The position numbers and the translations under genes are program-made. The notes beneath the pieces were generated by a model that saw only the letters and a program-made list of their open reading frames with translations, had not been told where the DNA came from and made no database searches. A stretch of DNA of 64,000 nucleotides from an uncultured Clostridia bacterium. GTDB lineage: Bacteria > Bacillota > Clostridia > Christensenellales > Aristaeellaceae. The stretch is taken from assembly GCA_944364075.1 (NCBI GenBank), contig CALVVZ010000001.1:48-64047 (forward strand), in the 5' to 3' direction. This document shows, piece by piece, positions 7,146 through 16,440 of this stretch; within the stretch, counting starts at the first letter, position 1, and every line of letters begins with the position of its first letter.

Positions 7146-8363
7146 TCAGGTTTCACGGGAGCGCGGGCGACCGCCATAGTGCGCGCCGGCGTAGGAACGC
7201 GGGTTGTGGCAATTCAGACAAGCCATGCCCGCGTTGGACGTGAGGTGGTAGTTGCCGCCGCGCCGCGCCACGCGCTCGTCCTGCGTCATCTGTACATAGA
7301 AATAGCCCTGAACGGTCGTGCCGGAAATGGGGGCTAGACCCAGCTCGTACATGATGGACGGCATGTAGGGAATATTGGTCGTGTTCACGGCAATCTGGCT
7401 GAACGTCGTGCCGCGATATTCGTTGTCGAAGGTCGGCTCCACCGTGTCAATGGTGATCTTGCTGTTCTGCCAGGTGTAGTGAAGCGTGCCGGGAGTGCCG
7501 GGGGCAACCAGCGTATAGCCGTTGTCGGTCTTGTTGGGCAGGATCGCTTTCCACGCACCGTTGGCGGAGCAGTCGGCGGTCGCGTCGGCAGCGTTGTTGT
7601 TGTCGCCGAGAATCTGGATTTCGCAGTTGACCAGACGGAAACCGTATACCTGTTCAAAGGCATTGCCCTGGATGTCACACAGGTTGCCGGGATCGCTGCC
7701 GAGATACCAGTCGATGGGGCCGGAGCCAGTCAGGGTGTTGTAGCCACTGAACTTGCTATCCGCGTTGTACTGGCTGGGGTTTGCAGGCGTGCCGCCCACA
7801 TGCTTTCCCTTCTTCCAATACAGCGGAGAATCCACGGGCAGCAGCTCCTCAGAGGAAGTATGCGCCTTGATGCACTCATACAGCCAGCCACGGAAAGAGC
7901 GCTTGTCGCCGACGTTGTAGCTCTTTGCCAGCTCCCAAGGCGTAGCGTCTCGGTAGTCGCAGCCGTAATAGTTGTTGCCGTGCGGCTCCCACTTGTTCTT
8001 GTGGGCCAGCAGCAGCATAAAGCCGTGGTCGGCAATGGTGATGCCGGATGCGCCGTTGCCAAAGGCACGCATCTTCTGCAAGAACGTGTCATGGTGCATG
8101 GAAACGCGCGGGGGCATGTTGGGGAGGGAATACTGAGTACCGTTGCCCTCCAGCTCGGAGGACATGTACTTACCGATCAGGATAGCATCCTCCTCAACAT
8201 TGTTGATGACGAAAGCCGGGTGGACGTGATCCGGCAGGGAAGCGTCCAGATCGGAGCTTTTCATCTTCGGGAATTTGCAGAAAATACTCGGATTTCCTTT
8301 CGCGTCATACTGCACTACGTTGCCATACTGACGCGCAAGCTGTTCCAGAGGGGAATTGTTCAT
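7146..8363 (-). CDS. DGR variable target protein (receptor-binding tail fibre candidate with a C-type-lectin/FGE-like C-terminus)
   Basis: 405 aa. The last ~40 codons are the VR (RVARRGGNYHLTSNAGMACLNCHNPRSYAGAHYGGRPRS). The RGG ... GGRP pattern resembles CLec-fold DGR targets. Sits at the fibre end of the tail operon. Confidence 0.88.
   Translation of the reverse strand: MNNSPLEQLARQYGNVVQYDAKGNPSIFCKFPKMKSSDLDASLPDHVHPAFVINNVEEDAILIGKYMSSELEGNGTQYSLPNMPPRVSMHHDTFLQKMRAFGNGASGITIADHGFMLLLAHKNKWEPHGNNYYGCDYRDATPWELAKSYNVGDKRSFRGWLYECIKAHTSSEELLPVDSPLYWKKGKHVGGTPANPSQYNADSKFSGYNTLTGSGPIDWYLGSDPGNLCDIQGNAFEQVYGFRLVNCEIQILGDNNNAADATADCSANGAWKAILPNKTDNGYTLVAPGTPGTLHYTWQNSKITIDTVEPTFDNEYRGTTFSQIAVNTTNIPYMPSIMYELGLAPISGTTVQGYFYVQMTQDERVARRGGNYHLTSNAGMACLNCHNPRSYAGAHYGGRPRSRET
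7157..7277 (-). repeat. DGR variable repeat (VR), 121 nt
   Basis: 112 of 121 positions are identical to the TR. Differences at plus-strand 7181, 7186, 7187, 7193, 7208, 7219, 7243, 7244 and 7247 all oppose TR adenines. Confidence 0.92.
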
Positions 8364-8381
8364 GCTGCATTATCCTCCTTA

Positions 8382-8882
8382 TCAGGTCTTGAGTTTCCAC
8401 AGGGAAGGAACGTTCGGGGGTTCCCATCCAGTCTGCGAGGTGTGTCCCTGCAAACAGATGTAGGTGCTGCCCTCGTAGGTGCATTCCGCGCCCGTGGCGT
8501 AATCGGTATCGGGCTGCCATTCAGTGCTGCCTTCCGGCTGCACACGACGGAAAAGCGACTGCCTGGCCGTGCCGGGTTCCCACCCGGTCTGCGTGGTGTG
8601 CGCCTGAATGACGACGAACATGCTGCCGCCGTACATCACGGTATCGCCGACAGCAAGTTTCATGTCGGGCTGCCATTCAGGCGTTGCGGCGCTCATGTCA
8701 ATCAGTTCCTCGTCGGTTGCTGCATCGTTGGCGACGGCATAGCGCAGGCCCGCGTCAATCCTGCGACGGACGGCGCGGAAGGGCGCGATCTTCGCCTGAC
8801 GTGCGGCCTCCCGCTGTCTTTCCATCTCGGCAATTTCCTCGTCGGTCATGCCGGGTTCGTAGGGCATGTGAACTTCACTCAT
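8382..8882 (-). CDS. Fibre-associated protein with two CBM5/12-like carbohydrate-binding repeats
   Basis: Tandem ~42-aa repeats of the form EWQPD..G....Y.GS......HT.QTGWEP....SL(F/W), at aa 69-111 and 121-162. Confidence 0.6.
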   Translation of the reverse strand: MSEVHMPYEPGMTDEEIAEMERQREAARQAKIAPFRAVRRRIDAGLRYAVANDAATDEELIDMSAATPEWQPDMKLAVGDTVMYGGSMFVVIQAHTTQTGWEPGTARQSLFRRVQPEGSTEWQPDTDYATGAECTYEGSTYICLQGHTSQTGWEPPNVPSLWKLKT

Positions 8883-8897
8883 GGTTTATCCTCCTTA

Positions 8898-9182
8898 TCA
8901 GGTAGTCAGGGCGGCGGTCTGTGCCTCAAGCTCCTCGATGCGGTCAGCCTGCGCCCGGAGCTGTGCCTGGGTGATGGTGGCATACATGTCGAACGCGACC
9001 GAAAGATGCTGCAAGGCGTCCTCGATGTTGTTGAAGTTGGTCGCGCTTTGCGGCGTACCCTGTTGCAAGACCTCGCCGGGTGCAGGGGTATGGGTCACGC
9101 TGCCGTCGGCGTTGGTGACTTCGGTAAAAGTCCTCGGACGCTCGACAACGTGATCCTGCCATTTGGTGCGGTTAAAGGCCAC
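8898..9182 (-). CDS. Hypothetical tail-fibre-region protein (94 aa)
   Basis: ORF in operon register between the tail-protein-I-like gene and the fibre genes, with a coiled-coil C-terminus. Confidence 0.55.
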   Translation of the reverse strand: MAFNRTKWQDHVVERPRTFTEVTNADGSVTHTPAPGEVLQQGTPQSATNFNNIEDALQHLSVAFDMYATITQAQLRAQADRIEELEAQTAALTT

Positions 9183-9195
9183 GGGTCATTCCTCC

Positions 9196-9501
9196 TTATT
9201 CTTCGATGATGGTAAAGCGGAAACGGTACAGAATACCTTCCTGCGCATCCTTCCGCGTGATGCTCTCGGCCTTGCTTGCCCACAGCGTACCGTTGTGGTC
9301 GAAAAGCTGTACTTCCGTCACGGTGATGTTGCCCGCTACGGTGTGGTCGATGATGAAGGTAACTGCGATACGGCCATCAGCAAGCACCTCGGCGGTCTGG
9401 ATTTCCGCCTGGTAGTAGGTGCTGCCGACTTTGTATCTTGCATACGCAATGCTGTTTTTCAGGTGATTGCGCAGCGAATTAAGGGCGCTATTCGTCAGCA
9501 T
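9196..9501 (-). CDS. Hypothetical tail-fibre-region protein (101 aa)
   Basis: ORF in operon register with normal amino-acid composition. Confidence 0.55.
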   Translation of the reverse strand: MLTNSALNSLRNHLKNSIAYARYKVGSTYYQAEIQTAEVLADGRIAVTFIIDHTVAGNITVTEVQLFDHNGTLWASKAESITRKDAQEGILYRFRFTIIEE

Positions 9502-9518
9502 GGTTTTCCTCCTCTCCG

Positions 9519-10430
9519 TTAGATTTCATCGCTTCCGCACAGGTTCTCGTCCGTGCATGGCGAATACGAAAAGGCCGTAGCCTTGCCGTCTGTTTCCGTC
9601 TGCGCCTCGCCATCGGCAATCACGCCGATGATGTTATTCTCCGGGCGTGTACCGGCTTGCGCATCCTCGCTGGTGGCGGGGTATGGATAAACATATCCCT
9701 CTGCCACCGGCGCAGCAGTGATCCGGCTTTCGCCAAGGCCGCCCACGGTGGTTTCTTCTGGCAGCGTACCGGCCTGCGTGTAGGGAAACACATGCCCTCG
9801 CGTGTTGCGCGTGGCGATAACGTAAACCTCATCCACAAGCCTGCTGATGATGCTTTCCTCCGGGTATGTACCGGCGTAAAGCCCATCGCCGGTCAGAGGC
9901 GGGCAAAACCTTGCCAGCTCTCCGCCCTCGCCGGAAACGATGATCGTCGTGCCGCTGCCAAGGGCGATGTCGTCAAGCACACTGCGCACATTCTTGCTGG
10001 CCTCGATGGCTCTGCGCAGCCATGCTTCGTTTGCGTCGTTCCATTCGCCGGAAACGGTCACGCGGAAGTGGAAGGGATCACCGGCGTACTGCCAATGCTC
10101 CTCAAGCTCCACCTGGTCGAAGAAGCCCTCAAGGAAGTTGTAGATTGCCTGCGGCGTGCCAAGGGCAGAATAAAGCGGCGTTGCATCCTTGATCCAGCGC
10201 CGCTTAGTTTCGATGTTGGCATTGTGGTCGTACAGACATCCAAGCTCCCAGGCCATTTCATCCAAGCGCCATTCGGGCATTTTGTCGATGTCTTGCAGAT
10301 TATCGACGCCCGTCTGAATGGTGCTGCACATGATCTGCAAGGCCCGCTCAATGGCCTTTGCCATGGCGTAGCCGTTCTTATCGGCCAAAATGAAGTCGGG
10401 GAAAAGCTGATGAATCGTAAAGTCGATCAT
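9519..10430 (-). CDS. Tail protein I-like (P2 gpI / Mu gp48 family)
   Basis: The ATG at 10430 overlaps the baseplate-J stop as ATGA. Position and N-terminal pattern (MIDFTIHQLFPDF ... EWRLDEMAWELG) fit the gpI family. Confidence 0.6.
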   Translation of the reverse strand: MIDFTIHQLFPDFILADKNGYAMAKAIERALQIMCSTIQTGVDNLQDIDKMPEWRLDEMAWELGCLYDHNANIETKRRWIKDATPLYSALGTPQAIYNFLEGFFDQVELEEHWQYAGDPFHFRVTVSGEWNDANEAWLRRAIEASKNVRSVLDDIALGSGTTIIVSGEGGELARFCPPLTGDGLYAGTYPEESIISRLVDEVYVIATRNTRGHVFPYTQAGTLPEETTVGGLGESRITAAPVAEGYVYPYPATSEDAQAGTRPENNIIGVIADGEAQTETDGKATAFSYSPCTDENLCGSDEI

Positions 10431-11533
10431 GTGGTCATCACCGCCAGTGTGATCTTGCCCTTGCAATGGGCGTTTTCGGCAATGGTGGTATACTGCACAG
10501 CGCCGTTGTTGAAATGGCTGCCGTCGCCCCATACAACGCGGATCGCGCCTGCCTGGTAGAGCATCGCCATCAGCTTGTCAGGGTTAAAGGCCCTGCCGAT
10601 TTCTTCATCCTGCCACTTCTGGTATTCCTCCACCGCCTCGCCAATGGCCGTCGTGATGTTGCTGCCCGCCTCCTGTGCATACTGCACTTTCAGCTCGTAG
10701 GGCATCTGCGTGGCGCGGTATACCTCCACCGTGTCGGTCAGCGGTCGCACGTCCTGGGCATTCAGGGCGGCGCTCACGCTGTCCAGAATGGCCGCAGCGC
10801 CGGTGTCGCTTGCCAGCAGCAGATAGATGCCGACCACGCCGGCGCCCAGGTTGAGAGCCCGCGCGTCCAGAATTTCGCTGGTCACGTTCATTGCGGCGCT
10901 CTCATACTGCGTCTGCGGGCCGGTGGTGGTGTTGATAAGGCCGAAGTTGCGGATGCGTTCGCGGTAAACCTCGTCGTCCTCCTCGTCCTGGCCTCCGCTT
11001 GCATCGCGGATGGCGTATACGCTGAGAACCGCCGGGTTCGGAACCATGAATTGCATCTGCGTACCGGCAAGCAGGCCGTTGCCAAGGCCGCCGGTTTCCC
11101 GACAAATCACCTCGGCATTGATGGTCTGCTCATAGCCGGTCTGCTCCACTGCCTCGGTCAGCAGATAGAGATGTTCACCGTCGGCGGTCAGGGCCGTACC
11201 GGCGGCAAGGGTTTTCGCTGTGCCGCTGGCCCGGAATTTGATTTCCACGGTACAGGTCGCAGCCTCCGCAGGAATGCGGATGCAGTTGCGCTTCTCGCCG
11301 TAGATGTCCAGGTATTCGCCCACAGCATAGCGCAGGGTGTCCATCCTCAAGGCCGCATCTACGCCAGCAAAGACCTGAGTAACGATGGCCTGGACGCCGC
11401 GCAGCAGCATTTCCTTTTCGTCGCCCGGATAAAGAATATCGCCGCCCGCTTCAACGTAGGCGACGATCATTTCCTTCCAGAGTTCTTCGGGATCGTATGC
11501 CAGATAATGAATCTCGTTGTCCAATCTTCTCAC
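10427..11533 (-). CDS. Baseplate J-like protein
   Basis: 368 aa. Sits between the gp25-like W and the gpI-like gene, as in P2/Mu baseplate modules. Confidence 0.7.
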   Translation of the reverse strand: MRRLDNEIHYLAYDPEELWKEMIVAYVEAGGDILYPGDEKEMLLRGVQAIVTQVFAGVDAALRMDTLRYAVGEYLDIYGEKRNCIRIPAEAATCTVEIKFRASGTAKTLAAGTALTADGEHLYLLTEAVEQTGYEQTINAEVICRETGGLGNGLLAGTQMQFMVPNPAVLSVYAIRDASGGQDEEDDEVYRERIRNFGLINTTTGPQTQYESAAMNVTSEILDARALNLGAGVVGIYLLLASDTGAAAILDSVSAALNAQDVRPLTDTVEVYRATQMPYELKVQYAQEAGSNITTAIGEAVEEYQKWQDEEIGRAFNPDKLMAMLYQAGAIRVVWGDGSHFNNGAVQYTTIAENAHCKGKITLAVMTT

Positions 11534-11538
11534 CTCCG

Positions 11539-11856
11539 TTACTCGTCTATGGTCACTTCAATGGTGGCCGTAATGATGATGTCGCCGTTTTCATCCATGG
11601 CGCACTCGCCGTCCACGATCTCCACGTCCGGCTCCCACAGCATGATCCTGTCCAGCTCCGGCAGCAGCTTCTCTTGCAGCTCCGGCAGCGGCAGCTCATA
11701 GAAAGCGGGATCGAAACCGCGATAGCGGTCATAGGGTACTTCGCCCATCCGGCACATCAGAAGGTTTTTCGCATTCTGGATCGTGCGCAGGATGATGTCG
11801 TTGTTGCACTCAAAATCAATCGGTGCAGGCCGGTTGGTAATCTGATATTGTGCCAT
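11539..11856 (-). CDS. Baseplate wedge protein W (gp25-like)
   Basis: 105 aa. Size, position and the C-terminal IVDGE ... TIEVTIDE pattern are typical of the GPW/gp25 family. Confidence 0.65.
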   Translation of the reverse strand: MAQYQITNRPAPIDFECNNDIILRTIQNAKNLLMCRMGEVPYDRYRGFDPAFYELPLPELQEKLLPELDRIMLWEPDVEIVDGECAMDENGDIIITATIEVTIDE

Positions 11857-11871
11857 GCTCTGCCTCCTCCG

Positions 11872-12615
11872 TTACTTTTTAAGTGCTTTGATCTTGTTCT
11901 TGATGGCGCTTGTAACCTTCGACACGACGGAGGTTTTCTTCGTGGTGGAAGATGTTTTCTTGGCATTGTTGACGGCTGCAACGGCTGTTTTCAATGCGCT
12001 TGCAGTCTTACTTGCTGCGCTTACAGCCTTAACTACCGTCGTTGCAGTCTTGGCTACCGCCGCCACTGCACCAGCCACTGCGCCAACAACAGCCGCCGTC
12101 GTCGTTTTCTTGGTCGTGGTGGTCGATGTCTTTTTGGTGCTGGTTTTCTTGCTGCCGGACGAACTGCTGGAACTGCCGGACGACGAGGACGAGGAGGACG
12201 AGGAACTGCCCGTTCCATCGTACTTCGCGCACTGTTTCATTGTCAGCTTTACTTTGCAGCTGATCCATGTGCCATTGGGGGCAATCGTTGTTTCGCTCAC
12301 AGATGCCTCCGTGAGCATGAGCTGACAGGTAATCAGCTTTTTGCCGCCCATGTAAAAGTAGTTCTTCGCGCCCGACCGCGCTTCATCCACGAATTTCAGC
12401 GCCTCATTCTTCACGTCACAGCCGGTCAGGGCGTTCAGCTCCGCCGTCAGCGTAATTTCGGAGGGATTGCTGTTTTTGCGGGAAACGTATTTCTGGCCGT
12501 CGCTGGTCTTGTCCTCGGTTTCGCTGCTGCCCTTGATGGTCAGCCCCGTAAAACCTCGGATCAGCTTCGGCGACACCGTGAAGGAGTGTCCGTTCCAGGA
12601 GGCAATTTCAGCCAT
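11872..12615 (-). CDS. Tail/baseplate protein with a Ser/Thr/Lys/Ala low-complexity C-terminal half
   Basis: The globular N-terminal ~130 aa may be P2 gpU-like. It is followed by SSSSSSSSSGSSSSSSGS, then KKTS/TTTK repeats and an Ala/Val-rich tail. Confidence 0.55.
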   Translation of the reverse strand: MAEIASWNGHSFTVSPKLIRGFTGLTIKGSSETEDKTSDGQKYVSRKNSNPSEITLTAELNALTGCDVKNEALKFVDEARSGAKNYFYMGGKKLITCQLMLTEASVSETTIAPNGTWISCKVKLTMKQCAKYDGTGSSSSSSSSSSGSSSSSSGSKKTSTKKTSTTTTKKTTTAAVVGAVAGAVAAVAKTATTVVKAVSAASKTASALKTAVAAVNNAKKTSSTTKKTSVVSKVTSAIKNKIKALKK

Positions 12616-12621
12616 ATTTCA

Positions 12622-12858
12622 TCACTCCTTCCACGGCGCAGTGCTGGGCGCGTATTCGTTTTCGTTCTCGTTTTCGGGAATTTCTACGACCGGCAGGGAA
12701 AGCACTTCATCGCCCTGGAACACCGCACGCCGTACATATCCAGGATTGGCGTTCATCAGGTCAGCGGCGTACTTCTCATGGTCGTAGATGTTCAGCGCCA
12801 CCTTGTCAAAGGTTTCACCGGCGCTGCAACGGTACACAAATCCGCTGAGTTCGACCAT
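12622..12858 (-). CDS. Tail protein X-like (LysM-type fold)
   Basis: The ATG at 12858 overlaps the TMP stop as TAATG. The pattern Y..GETFD.VA ... ANP ... G..L.LP resembles gpX/LysM. Confidence 0.5.
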   Translation of the reverse strand: MVELSGFVYRCSAGETFDKVALNIYDHEKYAADLMNANPGYVRRAVFQGDEVLSLPVVEIPENENENEYAPSTAPWKE

Positions 12859-15800
12859 TATGCATACACCTCCACATCGTCGTGCATTTGTTTTTCGCTC
12901 CACCAGCGGTCGATCCGTTCCTTGTCCTCGATCAACTTCTGCTCAACGCCGTTCGCGTCGTTGGCGTAGATCGTCGGGGAATAGATGATCTGCGCAGGCG
13001 TGCCGCCTCCGGCATTCAATCCACCGTTGCGGGCAATCAGCTCCGGCCAGGTAAAGCCTGCGGCCTCGCGGGCTGCGTTGAACAGGTTTGCTACGCGGTC
13101 GGTGTGTTCTTCCGGGATCGCCCACTCCGGGCCAGCTTCGCCGAAGATGGAAGCCTCGGTAGCTCGTCCGCCCTCTGCGAACAAAGAAAACTTCGATCCG
13201 CCGAAAAGGCTGCTGCCGCTTCGGATGCCGGAGTACGATACCTTTGCCGTCAGTGTCGGGCTGCCCCAAGCTGCATAAAGCGCCGATACGGCAGAACTGC
13301 CAGCGCTCGTTGCGTCGCTGCTGATTCCGGCGGAATCAACGGTAGCGTCAAGCGTAGGATCGCCGTAGCCGGTCATGAGGGAGGTTTCCGCCGCTGCGCC
13401 TGCCGCTTGCGCTTCCGCTTCCATGCCTGCCGCGTCAATGGTCGCGTCGGGTTCTACCGTTGCAGGGATGACTTGTTCACCGGCTGCTGCCTCTACGGCC
13501 CCTTCGGGAACCACAGGCTCCACGGTAGCTGTCAGCAGATAATCCTCGGCGTTGATGTCGCCGTACATGAGCTGCCATGCAGCCGCCTGATCTCGGAAAG
13601 GATTGCTGGCTTCTGCGAACGAGCCGCCCATGTCAGATAGAACCTTTTCAAAGTCGTAGACATTCTTGAGGGCAGCAGTCAGATTGCCAACCTCTCCCTG
13701 TGCCGACGTTCCGATGTCGGCCCATTTTGCAGCAACATCTACATCAGGCAAGCCCTTAATGCCAAGGCCCAGCGTGTCGAAAAACTCCGACACATACCAC
13801 GCAGGGGATTCGTCGAGCATTTCACGGGCAGTTGTGGCATTGTGGCTGTACAGGTAGCTGCCGATTTGCAGCGCATCGTCCAGCATTCGCGGGATCAATG
13901 CAATGGATTCGCTGTCCATGTACGGGCCAAGAATCCCCGTCAATTTGTTGTTGATGCCGGAAGCGCCGTGTTCTCCGCGCCACAGGTCGTAAAGCTGATC
14001 GTCGAGAGGGTTCTTTTCGCCGTACAACGGCATTCCATCCGGGAATAGCGCGGCCCAATTAACAGCATCAGGGGAGACTTCGCCGTGTTCGTCGCGTTTG
14101 AGATCGCCGCCGGCATATAGCCTGGATAGGAATTGCCATGCCTCGCCATAGCCGCTCTGGCTCATGAGAGCGTCGAATACCGCCATTGTGACCTGTGCGT
14201 TGTCGTCCTTGTACCCCTGAACCTTTGCCGCGTACTGAGCATCCATATCGGCCAGGAATGCCGCTTTGTCTGCGTCGGTGTACGCCGTGCCGGTAATCTG
14301 GTTGATCCATCCCTTGCTGATGGCCTCGTCAAAATAGACGCCCCATTTAGCCCGTTCGCCGATGTGTGTTTCTTCGGCTGCGGCCAGATTGGCGTTCATG
14401 ATCTCCGCCTGCTCGGCGAGGAAGGATTCCGCACTGTCCCAGCTTACGCTCTGGGCCTTGTGGAGTTGTTTTGCAAGCTCGGCTTCCTGATCTGCTTTTG
14501 CAGCAAAGGCCATGGCGTCGTTGTACGCCTGCATCTTCTCCATGATGACGTTATACTCGTTGCCGGTAATAATGCCGTCATCCATGGCCGTGCCAAGCGT
14601 TTCTCCAAACTCGCGGCCAAGCTGTTCCGCCTGCCCTACGAGGTTTTCATACATCGTATCGGCAAGCAGGATCGCGCCCGCATACTCGTCATCCGTGGCG
14701 GCGCTGTCAAGGCCGCCAAACAGCATCGTGAGATAGCTTGCGCTCTTGTCAAAGCTGGCACTGATACCGGCAAGCAGCTCATTACCCATCGTCTCGCCGA
14801 GCGAGGTAATGCTGGCAATCTGCTCCGGGGTGAGCGTTGCGCCGGTAATCATGCTGGTCAGCAGATCGCCGGAGAGCGTCGTGCTGGCCGTTTCAAAGTT
14901 TTCCACTGCTGTTTGCAGGGCAGTGTTGTAGTTGTTTACGTCGGTGTAGGTGCTGTTGAATGCGTCACCAATTCCGTTGACGTGAGCAAGGAGCGCTTCG
15001 GTGTCCAGCTCCATTTCGCCAAAGTTGGCTGCAAAATTGGCTTCGCCGAGTTGGTAGAGTGCGCCCGCTGCTGCCGCAAGGGCTGTAAGACCAAGGGCTG
15101 CCGCGCCGATGGGGGTCATGGCAAAGCCGATCAGACGGAAAGCACTGCCTGCAAGAAGCAGCGTGGGGCCAGCCGCAGCAATGCCCGTCGCTGCGCCGAG
15201 AAGCACTTCCAGCTTGTCCTTATCCATGTTGGCAAGGCCGTTCACGATGTCCGTCATGAAGTCGGCCACGCCCTCGACCGCAGGTGCAATGGTTTCGCCG
15301 ATGGTCGTCTGGAAAGCATCCCAAGAAGCGGTAAACTCGCGCAGAGCGCCGCCCAGGCCGCCCTCCATGGTGTCAGCCATGGATTCGGTATAGCCTGCGC
15401 TGCCTCCCTCAATCTGCTGCTGATAGTCAATGATCGTGCCGAGCGCGGCCATCAGGTTCAATGCCGTGGTGGTGGTGCGCTTGCCGAACAGATTGCCCAG
15501 CATTTCGTTCTGCTCTGCCTCAGAGAGCGTAGAGAGAGCCGCGTTCAGTTCGCCGATGATCTGGATAGCCGGTTTCAGTTCGCCGGTCGTCGAATCGTAG
15601 ACCGACAAGCCCAGCTCGTTCATGGCGTCCGCCGTATCGTTTACGTCAATACCGGCTTCTTCCATGTAGGATTCAAATTCTGCCCATTCCTCCTCGGTCA
15701 CGCGCAGGGATTGAATCAGCTTATCCTTGCTCTGCGTCGGGGCAAGCAGCGTCAGCATGAAGTTTCTGAGCTGTGTACCGGCGTTCGTTCCCTGCATGTC

Positions 15801-16412
15801 GGAACCAAACTGAGAAATGCCGCCCAGGATGGCGAGAATTTCACTGCTTCCGCCTGCAAAGAACTGTGCGCCGCTGCCAAGGCGCTGCATGGACTGGCCC
15901 AGGGTGTCGATGTCCGCAGCGCTGATGGCGGCGGTTTTCGACATCTGATCGCTGAGTGTGTTGGCATACTCCATCGGCATACCAAGCGCATTCAGCGTGT
16001 AGTACAAATAGTCCAGGCTGTCGGCAAGGTCGATGTTTGCCGCCGTCGCCAGGTTCATGACGGTGGGCATCAGCGTTTTGGTTTGCTCCATGTTCAAACC
16101 AAGCTGCGCCATCATCACTTCGGCCTGCGCGGCCTGATCCATTGTGTATTTGCTCGACTGAGCAATGGTCTTGTTATACTCGTTGAGGACGCGCATTGTC
16201 TTGTCGTCATATTCGCCAAGCGCCTGCACTTCTCGCATTACGTCGTCGTACTCGACGTATTCCTCAACACTTTCTTTTCCAAAGTCGATAATCTTTTGAC
16301 TGAGGGCATCAATGTGATTGCCCACGTTAATTAGGGCTGTACCAATGTTTCCAAACGTATTATCTACTTTGCCACTCAGTGTGATAACCGTTTGGAGTGT
16401 CTGCTGTCCCAT
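12858..16412 (-). CDS. Tail tape measure protein
   Basis: 1184 aa, Ala/Gly/Leu-rich and helical, with hydrophobic central segments. It is the largest gene of the tail module. Confidence 0.9.
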   Translation of the reverse strand: MGQQTLQTVITLSGKVDNTFGNIGTALINVGNHIDALSQKIIDFGKESVEEYVEYDDVMREVQALGEYDDKTMRVLNEYNKTIAQSSKYTMDQAAQAEVMMAQLGLNMEQTKTLMPTVMNLATAANIDLADSLDYLYYTLNALGMPMEYANTLSDQMSKTAAISAADIDTLGQSMQRLGSGAQFFAGGSSEILAILGGISQFGSDMQGTNAGTQLRNFMLTLLAPTQSKDKLIQSLRVTEEEWAEFESYMEEAGIDVNDTADAMNELGLSVYDSTTGELKPAIQIIGELNAALSTLSEAEQNEMLGNLFGKRTTTTALNLMAALGTIIDYQQQIEGGSAGYTESMADTMEGGLGGALREFTASWDAFQTTIGETIAPAVEGVADFMTDIVNGLANMDKDKLEVLLGAATGIAAAGPTLLLAGSAFRLIGFAMTPIGAAALGLTALAAAAGALYQLGEANFAANFGEMELDTEALLAHVNGIGDAFNSTYTDVNNYNTALQTAVENFETASTTLSGDLLTSMITGATLTPEQIASITSLGETMGNELLAGISASFDKSASYLTMLFGGLDSAATDDEYAGAILLADTMYENLVGQAEQLGREFGETLGTAMDDGIITGNEYNVIMEKMQAYNDAMAFAAKADQEAELAKQLHKAQSVSWDSAESFLAEQAEIMNANLAAAEETHIGERAKWGVYFDEAISKGWINQITGTAYTDADKAAFLADMDAQYAAKVQGYKDDNAQVTMAVFDALMSQSGYGEAWQFLSRLYAGGDLKRDEHGEVSPDAVNWAALFPDGMPLYGEKNPLDDQLYDLWRGEHGASGINNKLTGILGPYMDSESIALIPRMLDDALQIGSYLYSHNATTAREMLDESPAWYVSEFFDTLGLGIKGLPDVDVAAKWADIGTSAQGEVGNLTAALKNVYDFEKVLSDMGGSFAEASNPFRDQAAAWQLMYGDINAEDYLLTATVEPVVPEGAVEAAAGEQVIPATVEPDATIDAAGMEAEAQAAGAAAETSLMTGYGDPTLDATVDSAGISSDATSAGSSAVSALYAAWGSPTLTAKVSYSGIRSGSSLFGGSKFSLFAEGGRATEASIFGEAGPEWAIPEEHTDRVANLFNAAREAAGFTWPELIARNGGLNAGGGTPAQIIYSPTIYANDANGVEQKLIEDKERIDRWWSEKQMHDDVEVYA

Positions 16413-16440
16413 TTTTCACCGCCTTACTGCGGCGATTCGG

